In this document: positions 9,159-19,600 of the stretch, piece after piece | Position numbering within the stretch: position 1 is the stretch's first letter | How the letters are laid out: each line of letters starts with the position of its first letter | DNA from: Promethearchaeota archaeon | GTDB lineage: Archaea > Asgardarchaeota > Lokiarchaeia > Sigyniarchaeales > SOKP01 | Assembly (NCBI GenBank): GCA_048940925.1 | Contig: JBHLOC010000004.1 | Location: 32,001 to 96,000 of the forward strand | Reading direction: 5' to 3' | Length of the DNA stretch: 64,000 nucleotides | The notes under the pieces: generated by a model | Told to the model about the DNA's origin: nothing | Databases searched by the model: none | The model's input: the letters and a program-made list of their open reading frames with translations, nothing else | Program-made: the position numbers and the translations under genes

Positions 9159-9749
9159 TTATTTCTGCTTCAATATTTTTTTATAAAAATCATATATTAT
9201 TAGTTCACGGTCTTCAGCGATTTTTTTTGAAATATCTAAATATAATTGATCTTTTAGTTTTAGGATTTTATTTTCTAAATGCTCAATAACTTGATCAAGA
9301 CCGCCTTTTTTTTTAATTGTAAATCCAACAGTTCTGTATAGCCCTATAGCTCCAAGTGCGTCTAATTTGTCAGCATCTGATAAAATTTTAGCTTCAAGTG
9401 TTTGAGGAATTATATTATTTGAGAAAGAATGAGCCTTTATACAATGAATTATCTTATCAATATCATCTTTGTTGAGATTGAATTGCTGAGAAGTAAGAAA
9501 TTTAAAAGCTTTTTCAGCAGAAATTTCCGCATGATTTCTTTTTAGGTTATCTTTTTTTTCGTCTATTCTACCAATATCGTGAAGAAGAACAGAGATTTTC
9601 AGTATGTCTAAATTAGCGTTCAACTTTTCTCCTATATTTATACACATAGTATATACTCGTTCAACATGGTTAAATCCATGAATGTCATCTTTTTCAGAAT
9701 TATTAAAAGCAAATTTCCTTACTTTTGAAATAAATTTGTTATTTAACAT
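9159..9749 (-). CDS. HD-domain phosphohydrolase
   Basis: HGFNHVERV; LLHDIGR; HCIKAHS; EAKILSDADKLDALGAIG. Confidence 0.93.
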   Translation of the reverse strand: MLNNKFISKVRKFAFNNSEKDDIHGFNHVERVYTMCINIGEKLNANLDILKISVLLHDIGRIDEKKDNLKRNHAEISAEKAFKFLTSQQFNLNKDDIDKIIHCIKAHSFSNNIIPQTLEAKILSDADKLDALGAIGLYRTVGFTIKKKGGLDQVIEHLENKILKLKDQLYLDISKKIAEDRELIIYDFYKKILKQK

Positions 9750-9915
9750 TGATTTATATCATTCTATTTGACTTCTCGCTGAATTTCCAGCGCATAAAAA
9801 AATTGGACTTGTTTTTGCCATATTAATTTCTCCTAATTTCGATTTTTAATGAAAAAATCCTTTTAATATCGACTTATATAAAATATATAGTTTCATAATG
9901 AGTAAATAACTCACT

Positions 9916-10881
9916 TTAAAATCCATTTTTCCATTTTTTAAAAGAACCAAAACCTTCCTTTTCAAATTTAATTTGTTTATTTTTTTTATCAAAAATAATT
10001 GAAAGAAAATAAGAAGATCTTCTTGAATAACTTTCAGCCAAGATTAACACAATTTGAATTGAATTTTTGTTTTCTTGGAAAAATGGAATAATTGAATCCC
10101 ATTTATGAAAGAATCTGTATTCCTGACTTAGACTCTCAGCTAATTCATAGTATAACATATTCTCTGAATTTTTTAAAATATTATGATTAAAAATTTCTTT
10201 TCGTCTAGAGGAAAACACAAATTTTTTCATCAATTTAAAAGTAATACCATCTTCATTTATGTCTTTCTCATAAATAAAATAAGACCACGGTAAAATACCT
10301 GGAACATAATGTTGATTCTTTTGAAGTTTCACTTGTACTAAGATTCTTAAAATTGCGCGTGCTCCAAAATAACATAAATATATGGAAGAATATATCGTGG
10401 TAAGAGCTCGAAATAAATAGTAATTTGGAATTGTAAGGAATAGCATAAATAAAGTAAAAAAGTTTATACCTGAAAAGATAAAAAGAATAGGATTTATTGC
10501 TCTGTCAGCGAGAAATCTATACTCTTTTTTTGAAATCGGGTAAAAAATCGGAACTTTTGAAGCCGTAAAGAGATCTAGAGTCACATGAAGACTATATCCT
10601 ATGAAACCAGCAATCCAAATCTCAATAAATATACCATTTGTTAAAATTGATATGATTAAACTAAAAATACCAGTAAAAAATAAACCACTGACATAAGAGT
10701 GAGTGCCTGCTCTATGTGATAAGTAATATAATTTATATTTTCTCGATATTGGTTCAAATAATAGATCAATATCAGGGAAAATAGCCATAACGACCAAAAA
10801 GAGGACTGATTCTGAAGATAAAGTAAGTACTAGAGGGAAATATGCTAAAATTCCAATAAGTGTATGTGTAAAAATATCCAT
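9916..10881 (-). CDS. Membrane-bound metal-dependent hydrolase (YdjM-like)
   Basis: MDIFTHTLIG; FPDID; HRAGTHS; SLHVTLDLFT. Confidence 0.88.
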   Translation of the reverse strand: MDIFTHTLIGILAYFPLVLTLSSESVLFLVVMAIFPDIDLLFEPISRKYKLYYLSHRAGTHSYVSGLFFTGIFSLIISILTNGIFIEIWIAGFIGYSLHVTLDLFTASKVPIFYPISKKEYRFLADRAINPILFIFSGINFFTLFMLFLTIPNYYLFRALTTIYSSIYLCYFGARAILRILVQVKLQKNQHYVPGILPWSYFIYEKDINEDGITFKLMKKFVFSSRRKEIFNHNILKNSENMLYYELAESLSQEYRFFHKWDSIIPFFQENKNSIQIVLILAESYSRRSSYFLSIIFDKKNKQIKFEKEGFGSFKKWKNGF

Positions 10882-10949
10882 TTTTAATATTAAAGGATTT
10901 AAATTTTTATTTTTTGAAAATTTATTGCTTTTAAGGAGGCAATCCTATT

Positions 10950-10985
10950 GTCAATCTTTTACTATCATTTTTTAAAAGACTTCAT
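10950..10985 (-). promoter_or_regulatory. Putative SECIS element (eukaryote/Lokiarchaeota type)
   Basis: Minus strand AUGA-AGUCUUUUA-AAAAAUGAUAG-UAAAAGAUU-GAC: AUGA/GA core, 9-bp stem (one G.U), A-rich apical loop; begins 5 nt after the TGA at 10991-10993. Confidence 0.75.
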
Positions 10986-10990
10986 TCAAA

Positions 10991-11470
10991 TCATTCATTA
11001 ATTCTTTTAACTTCAAAATAATGAGCGAATTCTTCATCATTTTTTCCAAATTTTTTCATGATAATCCTTTTAAAAGTACCAAAATCTACACGTTCCTTCA
11101 TGACATCAGCTCATCAATCAGCATGGACTACTATTGTAATCTCACTTTCAGGAATTAAGTTAAAATTAATATCCTCCTGAAGCGGTATGAACTCTCTATT
11201 GGGACCATAAGCATTTACAGCGCAGTCTTCATAAATCTTATTCTCCTCCGAATCCCAAATTAATTGGAGGAAGCTATGAATTAAGCCTTTATATATTGGA
11301 AAAATAGAGTTTTTTGGATTTTCATACATATGTTTATCTAAAATACTCAATGCATCAATAATAGTTCCATCATCTTTTAAATCTAAATTGTATTCTATCC
11401 CCTTTGATAACTTTTTTTCAGGATCAGGGGCAAATATTGTTAGTTTAATATTCTTAATTCTAAAATTCAC
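10991..11470 (-). CDS. Putative selenoprotein: beta-grasp (ubiquitin/MoaD-like) domain + Sec-Sec + 39-aa tail (159 aa; 118 aa if the first TGA terminates)
   Basis: ...ITIVVHAD-TGA(11114-6)-TGA(11111-3)-ADVMKERVDFGTFKRIIMKKFGKNDEEFAHYFEVKRINE-TGA, followed by a SECIS-like hairpin. N-terminal pattern (LDLKDDGTIIDALSIL...LIPESEITIV) resembles the MoaD/SAMP fold but has no terminal GG. Confidence 0.7.
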
Positions 11471-11503
11471 CTCAAAATTATAAAAATATAAATTTACTAA
11501 GCA

Positions 11504-11917
11504 CTAAATAAGCCCTTTAGCTTTAAGTAGTTTGGGTAATTCCTTTCTAAGAGTAATTGAGGAAGAAACTTTTATCTCTCCATCAAGAACCACACATTTA
11601 TTATGAAGATTTAATTTTCTAGCTTCTTTTGAATTTAGGTTTTTTGTATCGTAGTCGATATGTTTTATATAAGGGGTGAGCTCTACAAAAACACGATTTA
11701 TGAATTTATCCCACTCACAAGCACATACATCTAAAGGCACATAGATATCTACTTTCAATTTTCCTTCTTTTAAGCTTTTAAGATTATCTAAGCTACAGCT
11801 TTCTTTTCCACAATGTAAATCTGAATCAATACTACAAAAATCTCCCCAATAATCAGGTGATGCCCTAATTTCTTTCATAACCTTTTCTACAGTTTTATCT
11901 ATCTCATGATCAGACAT
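11504..11917 (-). CDS. Cys-rich thioredoxin-like / ArsD-like protein
   Basis: KVDIYVPLDVCACEW (CxC after the first strand) and KCVVLDGEIKV...LRKELPKLL resemble the ArsD/Trx-like fold; N-terminal C-x7-C-x4-C; lies directly downstream of acr3. Confidence 0.6.
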   Translation of the reverse strand: MSDHEIDKTVEKVMKEIRASPDYWGDFCSIDSDLHCGKESCSLDNLKSLKEGKLKVDIYVPLDVCACEWDKFINRVFVELTPYIKHIDYDTKNLNSKEARKLNLHNKCVVLDGEIKVSSSITLRKELPKLLKAKGLI

Positions 11918-11990
11918 ATCTTCTTTATTCCTTTTTTTTATACTTATTAAAATCTATTCTAAACAAAATATTTTTTGAATATATTTTAGT

Positions 11991-13049
11991 TTATTGAGTT
12001 TTCCAAAATCTCCGTTTTTGAAGATATCGTCCCAAATATACAATTGAAAGCATTACTGGAACCTCCCAAAACAATCCCATTGTAGTTCCTAATGCTGCGA
12101 TTGAACCAATTCCATACATAGCAATAGCTGTAGCGATAGCAATTTCAAAATGACTTGATGAACCAATAATTACTGTAATGATCGCTTCTCTATATTTTAA
12201 TTTAAATAGTTTCGTGATGAAAATATTATATCCAACAACAATTACAAATCCAAGTAATAACGGTATCGATACTAAAAGCAAGAGTTTTGGATTATGTATT
12301 AAGACATCTCCATTCATTGAGAAAAGAACAATCAAAGTTGTTAGTAAAGCTACAATTGATATCTTTCCGACTATAGGTCTATAGGTATTGTTAAACCAAT
12401 CTTCACCTTTAGAAGATATTAATAATCTTTTACTAATTACTCCTAATAGAAGGGGAAGCCCAATAAAGATAAAGATCGAGACTAATAGTAAAATCCAATC
12501 AACAGGTATGTTTTGAATGCCTGTTAATAATGTTACCATAGGAGCATAACCGAATATTATTGTTATCGTATTAAGACTTGTGTTCACTACATTTTGTTCT
12601 TGATTCCCTTTTGCCATCCATCCCCATACTAAAACCATCGCCGTACAAGGACTTGAACTTAATAAAATTATGGCAACTATTAATTGTTCATACCCAGGTA
12701 CAAAAATTCGAGCCATAAGCAAACCAACAAATGGAGCAATTAACCAATTAGAGATTATTGTCAAGATTATTGGTTTGGGATTTCTTCCTAATTTTTTTAA
12801 TTCAGAGACTTGTAGGTTCAACATTGCAGGATACATCATTAAAAATAAACAGATCCCGATAGGTATAGAAATTTGACCTATACTCAAAGCATTTATAGCT
12901 TGGCTAATTCCAGGAATTATCTGGGAAAAAAGAATTCCAATGACGATGCATAATGCAACCCATAAGGGAAGAAACTTTTCAAAAAATCCTAGTTTTTTAG
13001 ATTCTGCATCTTTAGTTATTGAAATTTCCTCTGTTTCTGATACACTCAT
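11991..13049 (-). CDS. acr3: ACR3-family arsenite efflux transporter
   Basis: LGFFEKFLPLWVALCIVIG; IGICLFLMMYPAM; NWLIAPF; SPCTAMVLVW; SSHFEIAIATAIAMYG; FWEVPVML. Confidence 0.96.
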   Translation of the reverse strand: MSVSETEEISITKDAESKKLGFFEKFLPLWVALCIVIGILFSQIIPGISQAINALSIGQISIPIGICLFLMMYPAMLNLQVSELKKLGRNPKPIILTIISNWLIAPFVGLLMARIFVPGYEQLIVAIILLSSSPCTAMVLVWGWMAKGNQEQNVVNTSLNTITIIFGYAPMVTLLTGIQNIPVDWILLLVSIFIFIGLPLLLGVISKRLLISSKGEDWFNNTYRPIVGKISIVALLTTLIVLFSMNGDVLIHNPKLLLLVSIPLLLGFVIVVGYNIFITKLFKLKYREAIITVIIGSSSHFEIAIATAIAMYGIGSIAALGTTMGLFWEVPVMLSIVYLGRYLQKRRFWKTQ

Positions 13050-13243
13050 CCGTTTTCACTAAATTTTATGAAAATTTTTTTAAAAAACTTAATTTATATT
13101 TATAGGGTTTGAGATATTTATGAAATGCATCAAATAAAAATATTTGGATTTAAAGAATTTAACAAAATATTTATATTAACTTAAACATAAGTTGATCAAT
13201 ATATATATAATTTATAAATCTTGAAATAGTTCTAAAAAAGTGG

Positions 13244-13645
13244 GTGATGGTAATAAATAAAAGGCGCACTATTGAGATAACAGACTCCCTCGAGAGTTGT
13301 ATTAACATGACTGAAATCGATGTTAAAACCTACTTTCGAGATTTGCAAGATTTGGGGAAAAATTTAGAAAAATCTAATAAATTTAAGAAATTATTAGAAT
13401 TTTGTTATGTAATTGGTAATAAAGAGCGTTTAAAAATAATTGCAGCATTAAAAGATAATGACCATTGCGTTTGTGAATTAGAAGCAATCTTAGATAAATC
13501 GCAACCATCAATATCACATCATCTTAGAATTCTTGAAAGCATTGGGCTTATAAGAAGCTTTAAAAAAGGTAAATTTACTCATTATGACATTATTAAAGAA
13601 ACAGTTAATTCATATTTAGATCTACTAAATCAAGAATTAATTTAA
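13244..13645 (+). CDS. arsR: ArsR/SmtB metalloregulator
   Basis: ERLKIIAAL...HCVCELEAILDKSQPSISHHLRILESIGLI...KKGKFTHY; CVC As(III)-type site; divergent from acr3. Confidence 0.92.
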   Translation: MMVINKRRTIEITDSLESCINMTEIDVKTYFRDLQDLGKNLEKSNKFKKLLEFCYVIGNKERLKIIAALKDNDHCVCELEAILDKSQPSISHHLRILESIGLIRSFKKGKFTHYDIIKETVNSYLDLLNQELI

Positions 13646-13671
13646 ATCTAGATTTTAAAATAAGTTATCAA

Positions 13672-15066
13672 TTATTTCTTCAATTTGAGCTTCCTGATGA
13701 AAAATAAGCTTAATAAATAGAAGATACCCATAGATGAGAAAGTAAGAGTTAATATTATTGAGTTTTCTGAATTAGATCCAGTAAGAATAAAACCTATAAG
13801 TAGAGAAGATAATGCTGAGCCAATTGACATAACAAAAGAATTTAACCCAAAATAGGCTCCAGAAATATTTGAAACCGCTTCTTCAAGACTAAACTCTTTA
13901 TTATTTTCAGCAGCTTCATATACTAACGCGCTAGCTAAAGGTGGATTGAAAAGACCAAAACCATACATTGAACCTAAGATTGTTCCAATAGATAGTATAA
14001 ATAATATTACTACAAATGCATTGGGAAGTTGATTATAAAGAAAGATTAAATCTGATAAAGAAGCAACAGCTGCTGCTATAATACAAATCGTATATGTCTT
14101 AGTAATATCATGCTTTTTAAGCATTCTACGCCAAATAACAAATCCCGCAAATTTGCCTCCGGTTGAGACAATTATATAAAGATAAAAACTAGGTCCTGTA
14201 AAAAGAAGCGCATAAGTTAAAAATGGTATAACAAGAGCACCTAGTATTCTACCTGCCATCCCATTAAATAGTATAACAGAAAGCAATTTTCTATATCTTT
14301 TATCTTTTATTGGTTCAACCATTTGGGGAAAAATTGTCTTAAAATTCTTTTTTTTAACAATAGTAATAGAGGATTTATGAAAACTTTCATCAATTGAGAA
14401 AAAGGTAGTAATAATCGCAATTAATCCAAAAAGAGTGAAGCTAATACCTATCAATGGTATATAAAAAAGAATATATTCTCCCGAAGGTTCCCACCATTTT
14501 ACATTTTGAGGATCTGGTAAGATACTCTGCACCATTATAGGTAGTAATAAAGCAATTATAGAAGAAACTATACTAAAGAAAGTTGTTAAAGCTGCAATTG
14601 TTTGTCTGTTCTCATGTGTTTGAGATTGTTCTGTAAGCATTGATTGATGTACTGTGAAGATTGATGATCCCGAAATAGTATTTAATATTAATATCACCCA
14701 TAAAAAAATAGCTGTTGGAAAATATAATTGGTTATTTTCAGGGCATCTAGGCGGGAACCATATAATAATACTTGTGAAAATCCAGATAGGTAGTCCATAA
14801 AGCAGAAAAGGTCTCCGTTTCCCAAATCTTCCCGGTTTTTTATTGTCAGCTATAATCCCGAAAAATATCGAAGAAAAAGCTGAAATAATAAGTTGAATAG
14901 ATATACCAATTGAAATGAGTATGGTATCTAAATTAATTGTATAAACATAAAATTGTAAAACAAACACACCGACAAACATATTTGTCAAAAACATTCCAAA
15001 TTGACCTATTGTATATCCGAATAATCTGAATCCATGTAATTCCCGTGGTGTGCTAATATCACCCAT
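13672..15066 (-). CDS. MFS transporter, GPH/MelB-like
   Basis: FGIIADNKKPGRFGKRRPFLLYG; about 12 TMs; SGAYFGL. Confidence 0.9.
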   Translation of the reverse strand: MGDISTPRELHGFRLFGYTIGQFGMFLTNMFVGVFVLQFYVYTINLDTILISIGISIQLIISAFSSIFFGIIADNKKPGRFGKRRPFLLYGLPIWIFTSIIIWFPPRCPENNQLYFPTAIFLWVILILNTISGSSIFTVHQSMLTEQSQTHENRQTIAALTTFFSIVSSIIALLLPIMVQSILPDPQNVKWWEPSGEYILFYIPLIGISFTLFGLIAIITTFFSIDESFHKSSITIVKKKNFKTIFPQMVEPIKDKRYRKLLSVILFNGMAGRILGALVIPFLTYALLFTGPSFYLYIIVSTGGKFAGFVIWRRMLKKHDITKTYTICIIAAAVASLSDLIFLYNQLPNAFVVILFILSIGTILGSMYGFGLFNPPLASALVYEAAENNKEFSLEEAVSNISGAYFGLNSFVMSIGSALSSLLIGFILTGSNSENSIILTLTFSSMGIFYLLSLFFIRKLKLKK

Positions 15067-15410
15067 AATAAAGTAATTTGTTACTTAAAATTTAAGATTT
15101 CGATTTTTGTGTTATTTATTCTTTTATGTAGAATTCTTACAAAATCTTTTGTTATAAATTTAAAACTAATTTTTCTCTGACTATTTCATTTAGATTTTTA
15201 AGATAAAGATTTAACTATTAGATATAAGCAAGAAATAAAGAATTATAAATTATTTTAGAGTTTATAGAAAAAATTTTTATTATATATATTTTATGGTTTT
15301 TGTCGATTCCGTATTTATAGTTAAACATGAATACCGCTAAATATATATGGATAAATTGGTATGTAAATAGTGTTCATAAATTTTAGTGATTTTTTAAGTA
15401 GAGGTTTTCT

Positions 15411-16634
15411 ATGAGTGATTTAAACAGTATTCCGGAATTTTCAAAATATTTTCGAGCGATTTCTCCTTCAGAAATCAATATTAATAACGAAGATATATTT
15501 TATCGCGATAAATATAATGAAATTTTAAATTTTATTAAGTTAAATTTGACGAACAATCAAGATTTGGTATTAAAAGAGTATGTAGAGCCAAAAGGCGCCA
15601 TTTTATTATATGTAAATCGGGGTACAGACATATTAGATTTTTTGAAACTAATATCAATGAATTATTATATAGATTTTATTGAATATAATGATAATGAGGT
15701 CATTAAAACTCCTGAAGACTTTATAAAAAGTTTGAGTTCTATTGTTAAGGTATTGAAAGCTAATATAGAAAAAAGCACTGAACTAAATAACAAAAAGAGA
15801 TTGTTTTTAATTAACCAACATATATTTCGTAATCAAAATTTCACAGGAAAGAATTTAGTGGAATTTTTTATAAAAGCGCAACAAAATGGTAAAATTAGAT
15901 TTAATTGCAAAGAGTTAGACCTAATTTTAGTTTGGATCAATTATGATCTTAAGGAAATCAGATCAGTCTCAGCAGATTTATATGATATATTTGATCTATT
16001 TCTTATAATAAATATGTTAAACCAAGTTGAACGAGAAACAGTGTTTCGAGATTTCTTAGAAAAAAATCCAAAGATCGTGTTTGATATTGATGAAATAGTA
16101 AAAAACACACAAAATTGGGAAGTAAATAATATTAAGCAACTTTTAAAAATTGGAATTTTAAAGCATTTTATAAATTATGAGTTAAATAGTAAAAGTAATG
16201 AAATTACAGATAGTCTTCTTAATTTAATTAAATCAGGTGAATATTTACCAACACTCTCAACCAATACACCAGAAATTTCAGATGATAAAGATATCAAGGG
16301 TGAAATTGTTGGAACAGAGAATGTTTCTTTAAAAAAAGAACGGGAAAGTGTTGAACAGATCAACGATGCAGATAATTTTGCTGAACAAATTCGAGAAACT
16401 CGTATTTCAGATTTTATGTTAAACCAATTATATGAAAATGCTGCTTCGAAGCATTATAATGAACTTCTTATTATTATTGATAAACTGAAGAAAAATGAAC
16501 CGTTAGAAGAAAATGATAGGAAATTATTAGCAATATACCCATTCATCTTAAATGAATCTCCAAATAGAGCACAAATTAATTTAGAAAAGGCAAAGAAAAG
16601 AGTGGATCGTATAAAACAAGTTTTTGGTAATTGA
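15411..16634 (+). CDS. Degenerate AAA+-like protein heading the SMC operon
   Basis: EPKGAILLYVNRGTD (eroded GILLYGPPGTGKT); ERETVFRDFL...DIDEIVKNTQNWEVNNIKQLL resembles the AAA lid. Confidence 0.55.
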   Translation: MSDLNSIPEFSKYFRAISPSEININNEDIFYRDKYNEILNFIKLNLTNNQDLVLKEYVEPKGAILLYVNRGTDILDFLKLISMNYYIDFIEYNDNEVIKTPEDFIKSLSSIVKVLKANIEKSTELNNKKRLFLINQHIFRNQNFTGKNLVEFFIKAQQNGKIRFNCKELDLILVWINYDLKEIRSVSADLYDIFDLFLIINMLNQVERETVFRDFLEKNPKIVFDIDEIVKNTQNWEVNNIKQLLKIGILKHFINYELNSKSNEITDSLLNLIKSGEYLPTLSTNTPEISDDKDIKGEIVGTENVSLKKERESVEQINDADNFAEQIRETRISDFMLNQLYENAASKHYNELLIIIDKLKKNEPLEENDRKLLAIYPFILNESPNRAQINLEKAKKRVDRIKQVFGN

Positions 16635-16656
16635 AATTAAGTAAGATGAGAAAAAT

Positions 16657-19600
16657 TTGGCTTCTCAATCAAAAAATAATCAAAGAAAAAAAGAATTGAA
16701 TTATTCTGAAAATAGGAAGATTTTCATTAAGAAGGTTATTTTAGAAAATTTCCTATCCTTTCAAAAAGATGAAGTAGATTTTGGGGATGCTAAATTTATA
16801 ATAATTGTTGGTCCAAATTGGAGTGGAAAGACATCGATTTTTCAAGCTATCAAATTTGCGTTGGGTAGTAATGAAAGAGATGAGAGGTATACAAAATGGT
16901 CAGATTTCATTAGAAACGGTCAAAATCATGCTATGGTCGAGATCCATATACAAAATGATGGAGAGCTAATAAAATTAAGGCGTTATGTTATTAAAGGGCA
17001 ATCTCCGTATTTTAAAATAAAATTAAAGGAAGATAAAGAATTTAGAAAAATCCAAGCACTTGAAATTCAAAAATTGATTAGAACATTAAATATTAATCCT
17101 GACAATCAATTTGCTTTTGTTAGCCAAGGAAAGATTGATGCTGTTAAAAATTTAAAGTCGACAGAGTTGTGTTCTTTCCTGGAAGAAGGAATTGGGCTAA
17201 AAAGTTTGAGAAATGAGATATTGCAACAAAAATCAAATGTTAATAATTTAAATACTGAGCTTAAATCATTAATGAGCAAAAAAAATACGTTAAATATAAG
17301 TTTAGAATTTCTAACTCCTAAGTTGGAACGTTTAAAGAAAAAAAATAAGCTATTAGAAATTAGAAATAAATTCCATGATGAACTCTTATGGGCAAATAAA
17401 GATAAATTACAAAAAGAAATTATCAGAATTGAAGAATTCGTTAAAAACATCATACTTGTAATCGAAGGGATTAAAAGAGAAAAAACAAAGTATGATAAAA
17501 AAATCCTAGAGTTAGTAAATGAAATTGTTACTGAGGAACAAAGTATTAACAAACTTTCAGAAAAATTAGGAGAACTGAAATATAAACAAATAGACTTAGT
17601 AGCAAAAATAAAGAAGTGGCAAAAAGATAAAATATTAGTAAAACAAGACTTAGATGCTTATTCTCAAAATATCGATCGAATTGAAAAATTAGTAATCAAC
17701 TTTGAAATGCAGAAAGAGAGTCTAAACGATGAGATAAAAATAATGACAAATGAAATCACTCACCTTGAAAATCAAATTGATAAGCTCCTAAAAGAGCAAA
17801 ATCAACTTATAAAAAAAATCAAACAAAATAAACTTCTGCTAGATGAATATAATCAAGTGATTTCTGAGAAAACCAAAAAGATAAATATTATTAAAGAAAA
17901 TGAAAACTCAATTAAGGCTATAAATGATGAGATCAATCAGTTATTTCAGAGTTTTAAGGATATAGAGCATAAATTAAAAAAGAATAAATGGTTTTTGGAA
18001 AATCCAACTAAAAATCTTTTAGAAAAGCTTGATAAGCAGTTAAGAGAATCTTCAATAAAAATCTTTGAAATTGATTCAGAAATAAAGAAACTGGAAATTG
18101 AAAAATCCAGAAAACTAAATAAATTAAAAATCTTACAAGCTTCACTTAGGGAACGTCGAGTTATTCTCCCCTCTACAATTTCTATTTTAAAGGAAGAGAT
18201 AAAAAAAAGAGAGTTAAGAGTTAAAGGTCCTATTATTGATTATCTTAAATATGATGATGAGTTAAGTTATGCTATAGAGTCCGTTTTAGGGGAAAAATTA
18301 CTTTATAGTTTTATTGCTGAGGATTGGGATACTTTAAATTTATTAAAGAGATTAAAAGAGAAGTATGGAGCATACTGTAACCTCTATTTACCAAAAAAGA
18401 TAACCTTACAGCCTTTAATGAGAATTTCTGCAGAGGGAGTTGTGGGTTACATTGCAGAATTAGTAAAATTTGTAGATAATGATGTAGATATTAAAAAAGT
18501 AATTTACTCCAAAGTAAAAAATTGTATTGTTGTGAGAGATTATCGTTCTGGAACAAATCTTTATAATAAACTTAATTTCCGAGGGAAATGTGTCACCTTA
18601 AAGGGCGAACAAATAGTTTCTTATAAATATGTGTATGAAACACCTTATATTAAGAGATTGAAAGGATTATTAAGTGCAGCAACCCAAAAAGAACAGTCAA
18701 GCATTTTAGAATCAGAAGTTAATATCTTGAATGATAAGATCTCAGAATTAAAAATCAAACAATCAAGCTTTGACAATATTCAAAAAGAGATTTTTAAGAA
18801 AAAAGAAGCCTTCAACGACCTTTTATATAATTTCAATCAAAAACAGAGAATAACGACTAAAAAGAATGAATTATATGAAGAAATGCATAATTTTGAAAAA
18901 AATAATTCATCTTTAAAAAAAGAGATTCAGGATTTAGATCTTAAAATAAAAAGTCTACAAACCCATACTGATTCTGAATTTTTTAAATGGAATGATAGGG
19001 TTAAAGAAATACCTAATGAATTATCTTTTTTAAATGAAGAAAAGAAAAAGTGGGATCTAAAACGGAAAGAGAATTTAGATATTTTAAAAGAAGTACAAGA
19101 TAAATTATCGAAGCATAAGAACCAACTTATTCTATTAAAATCGGAATATGAAAATAAAAAAGAAGATTTCCAGAAAGCAGATAAATCTGCTTTTAATACA
19201 TACAGGCAATTGGAAAATGTAGAAGAAGAAATTAATATAATAGAACAAAAGATTTCAGAGTTAAGAGAAACAAGAATGAAACTCCAAAAAGAAAAAAGTC
19301 AGATCGAAAATAATAACATGCAAACCATTTTAAAATTAGAACAAGAGAATGTCAAGTTAAATTCATATAATCAAGATCTTGAATCCAAAAAAAATGATTT
19401 AAAAAGAATTAACTCTGAAATAGGCCCTTTAATTTCTGAACAAATCATGAAACTCCGTTCAATTAAGGAAATTGAGAAAGATATCCTACAAATCGATGAA
19501 AAATTGCTTAATTATTTGGATGTAGATGACTCAATTGTAGTCGAAAGAGATCAAATCATTGCTTCATTAAAAGAAATATCAAAAAATCAAAAAGATTTAG

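Noticed and set aside
10991-11101. Independent 36-aa ORF (MKERVDF...) as an alternative to Sec readthrough
   Set aside because: Cannot be excluded, but it is exactly in frame behind TGA-TGA and followed by a SECIS-like hairpin, so readthrough explains all three observations more simply.
13185-13205. TTGATCAA palindrome as the ArsR operator
   Set aside because: Plausible position, but too short and AT-rich to support on its own.
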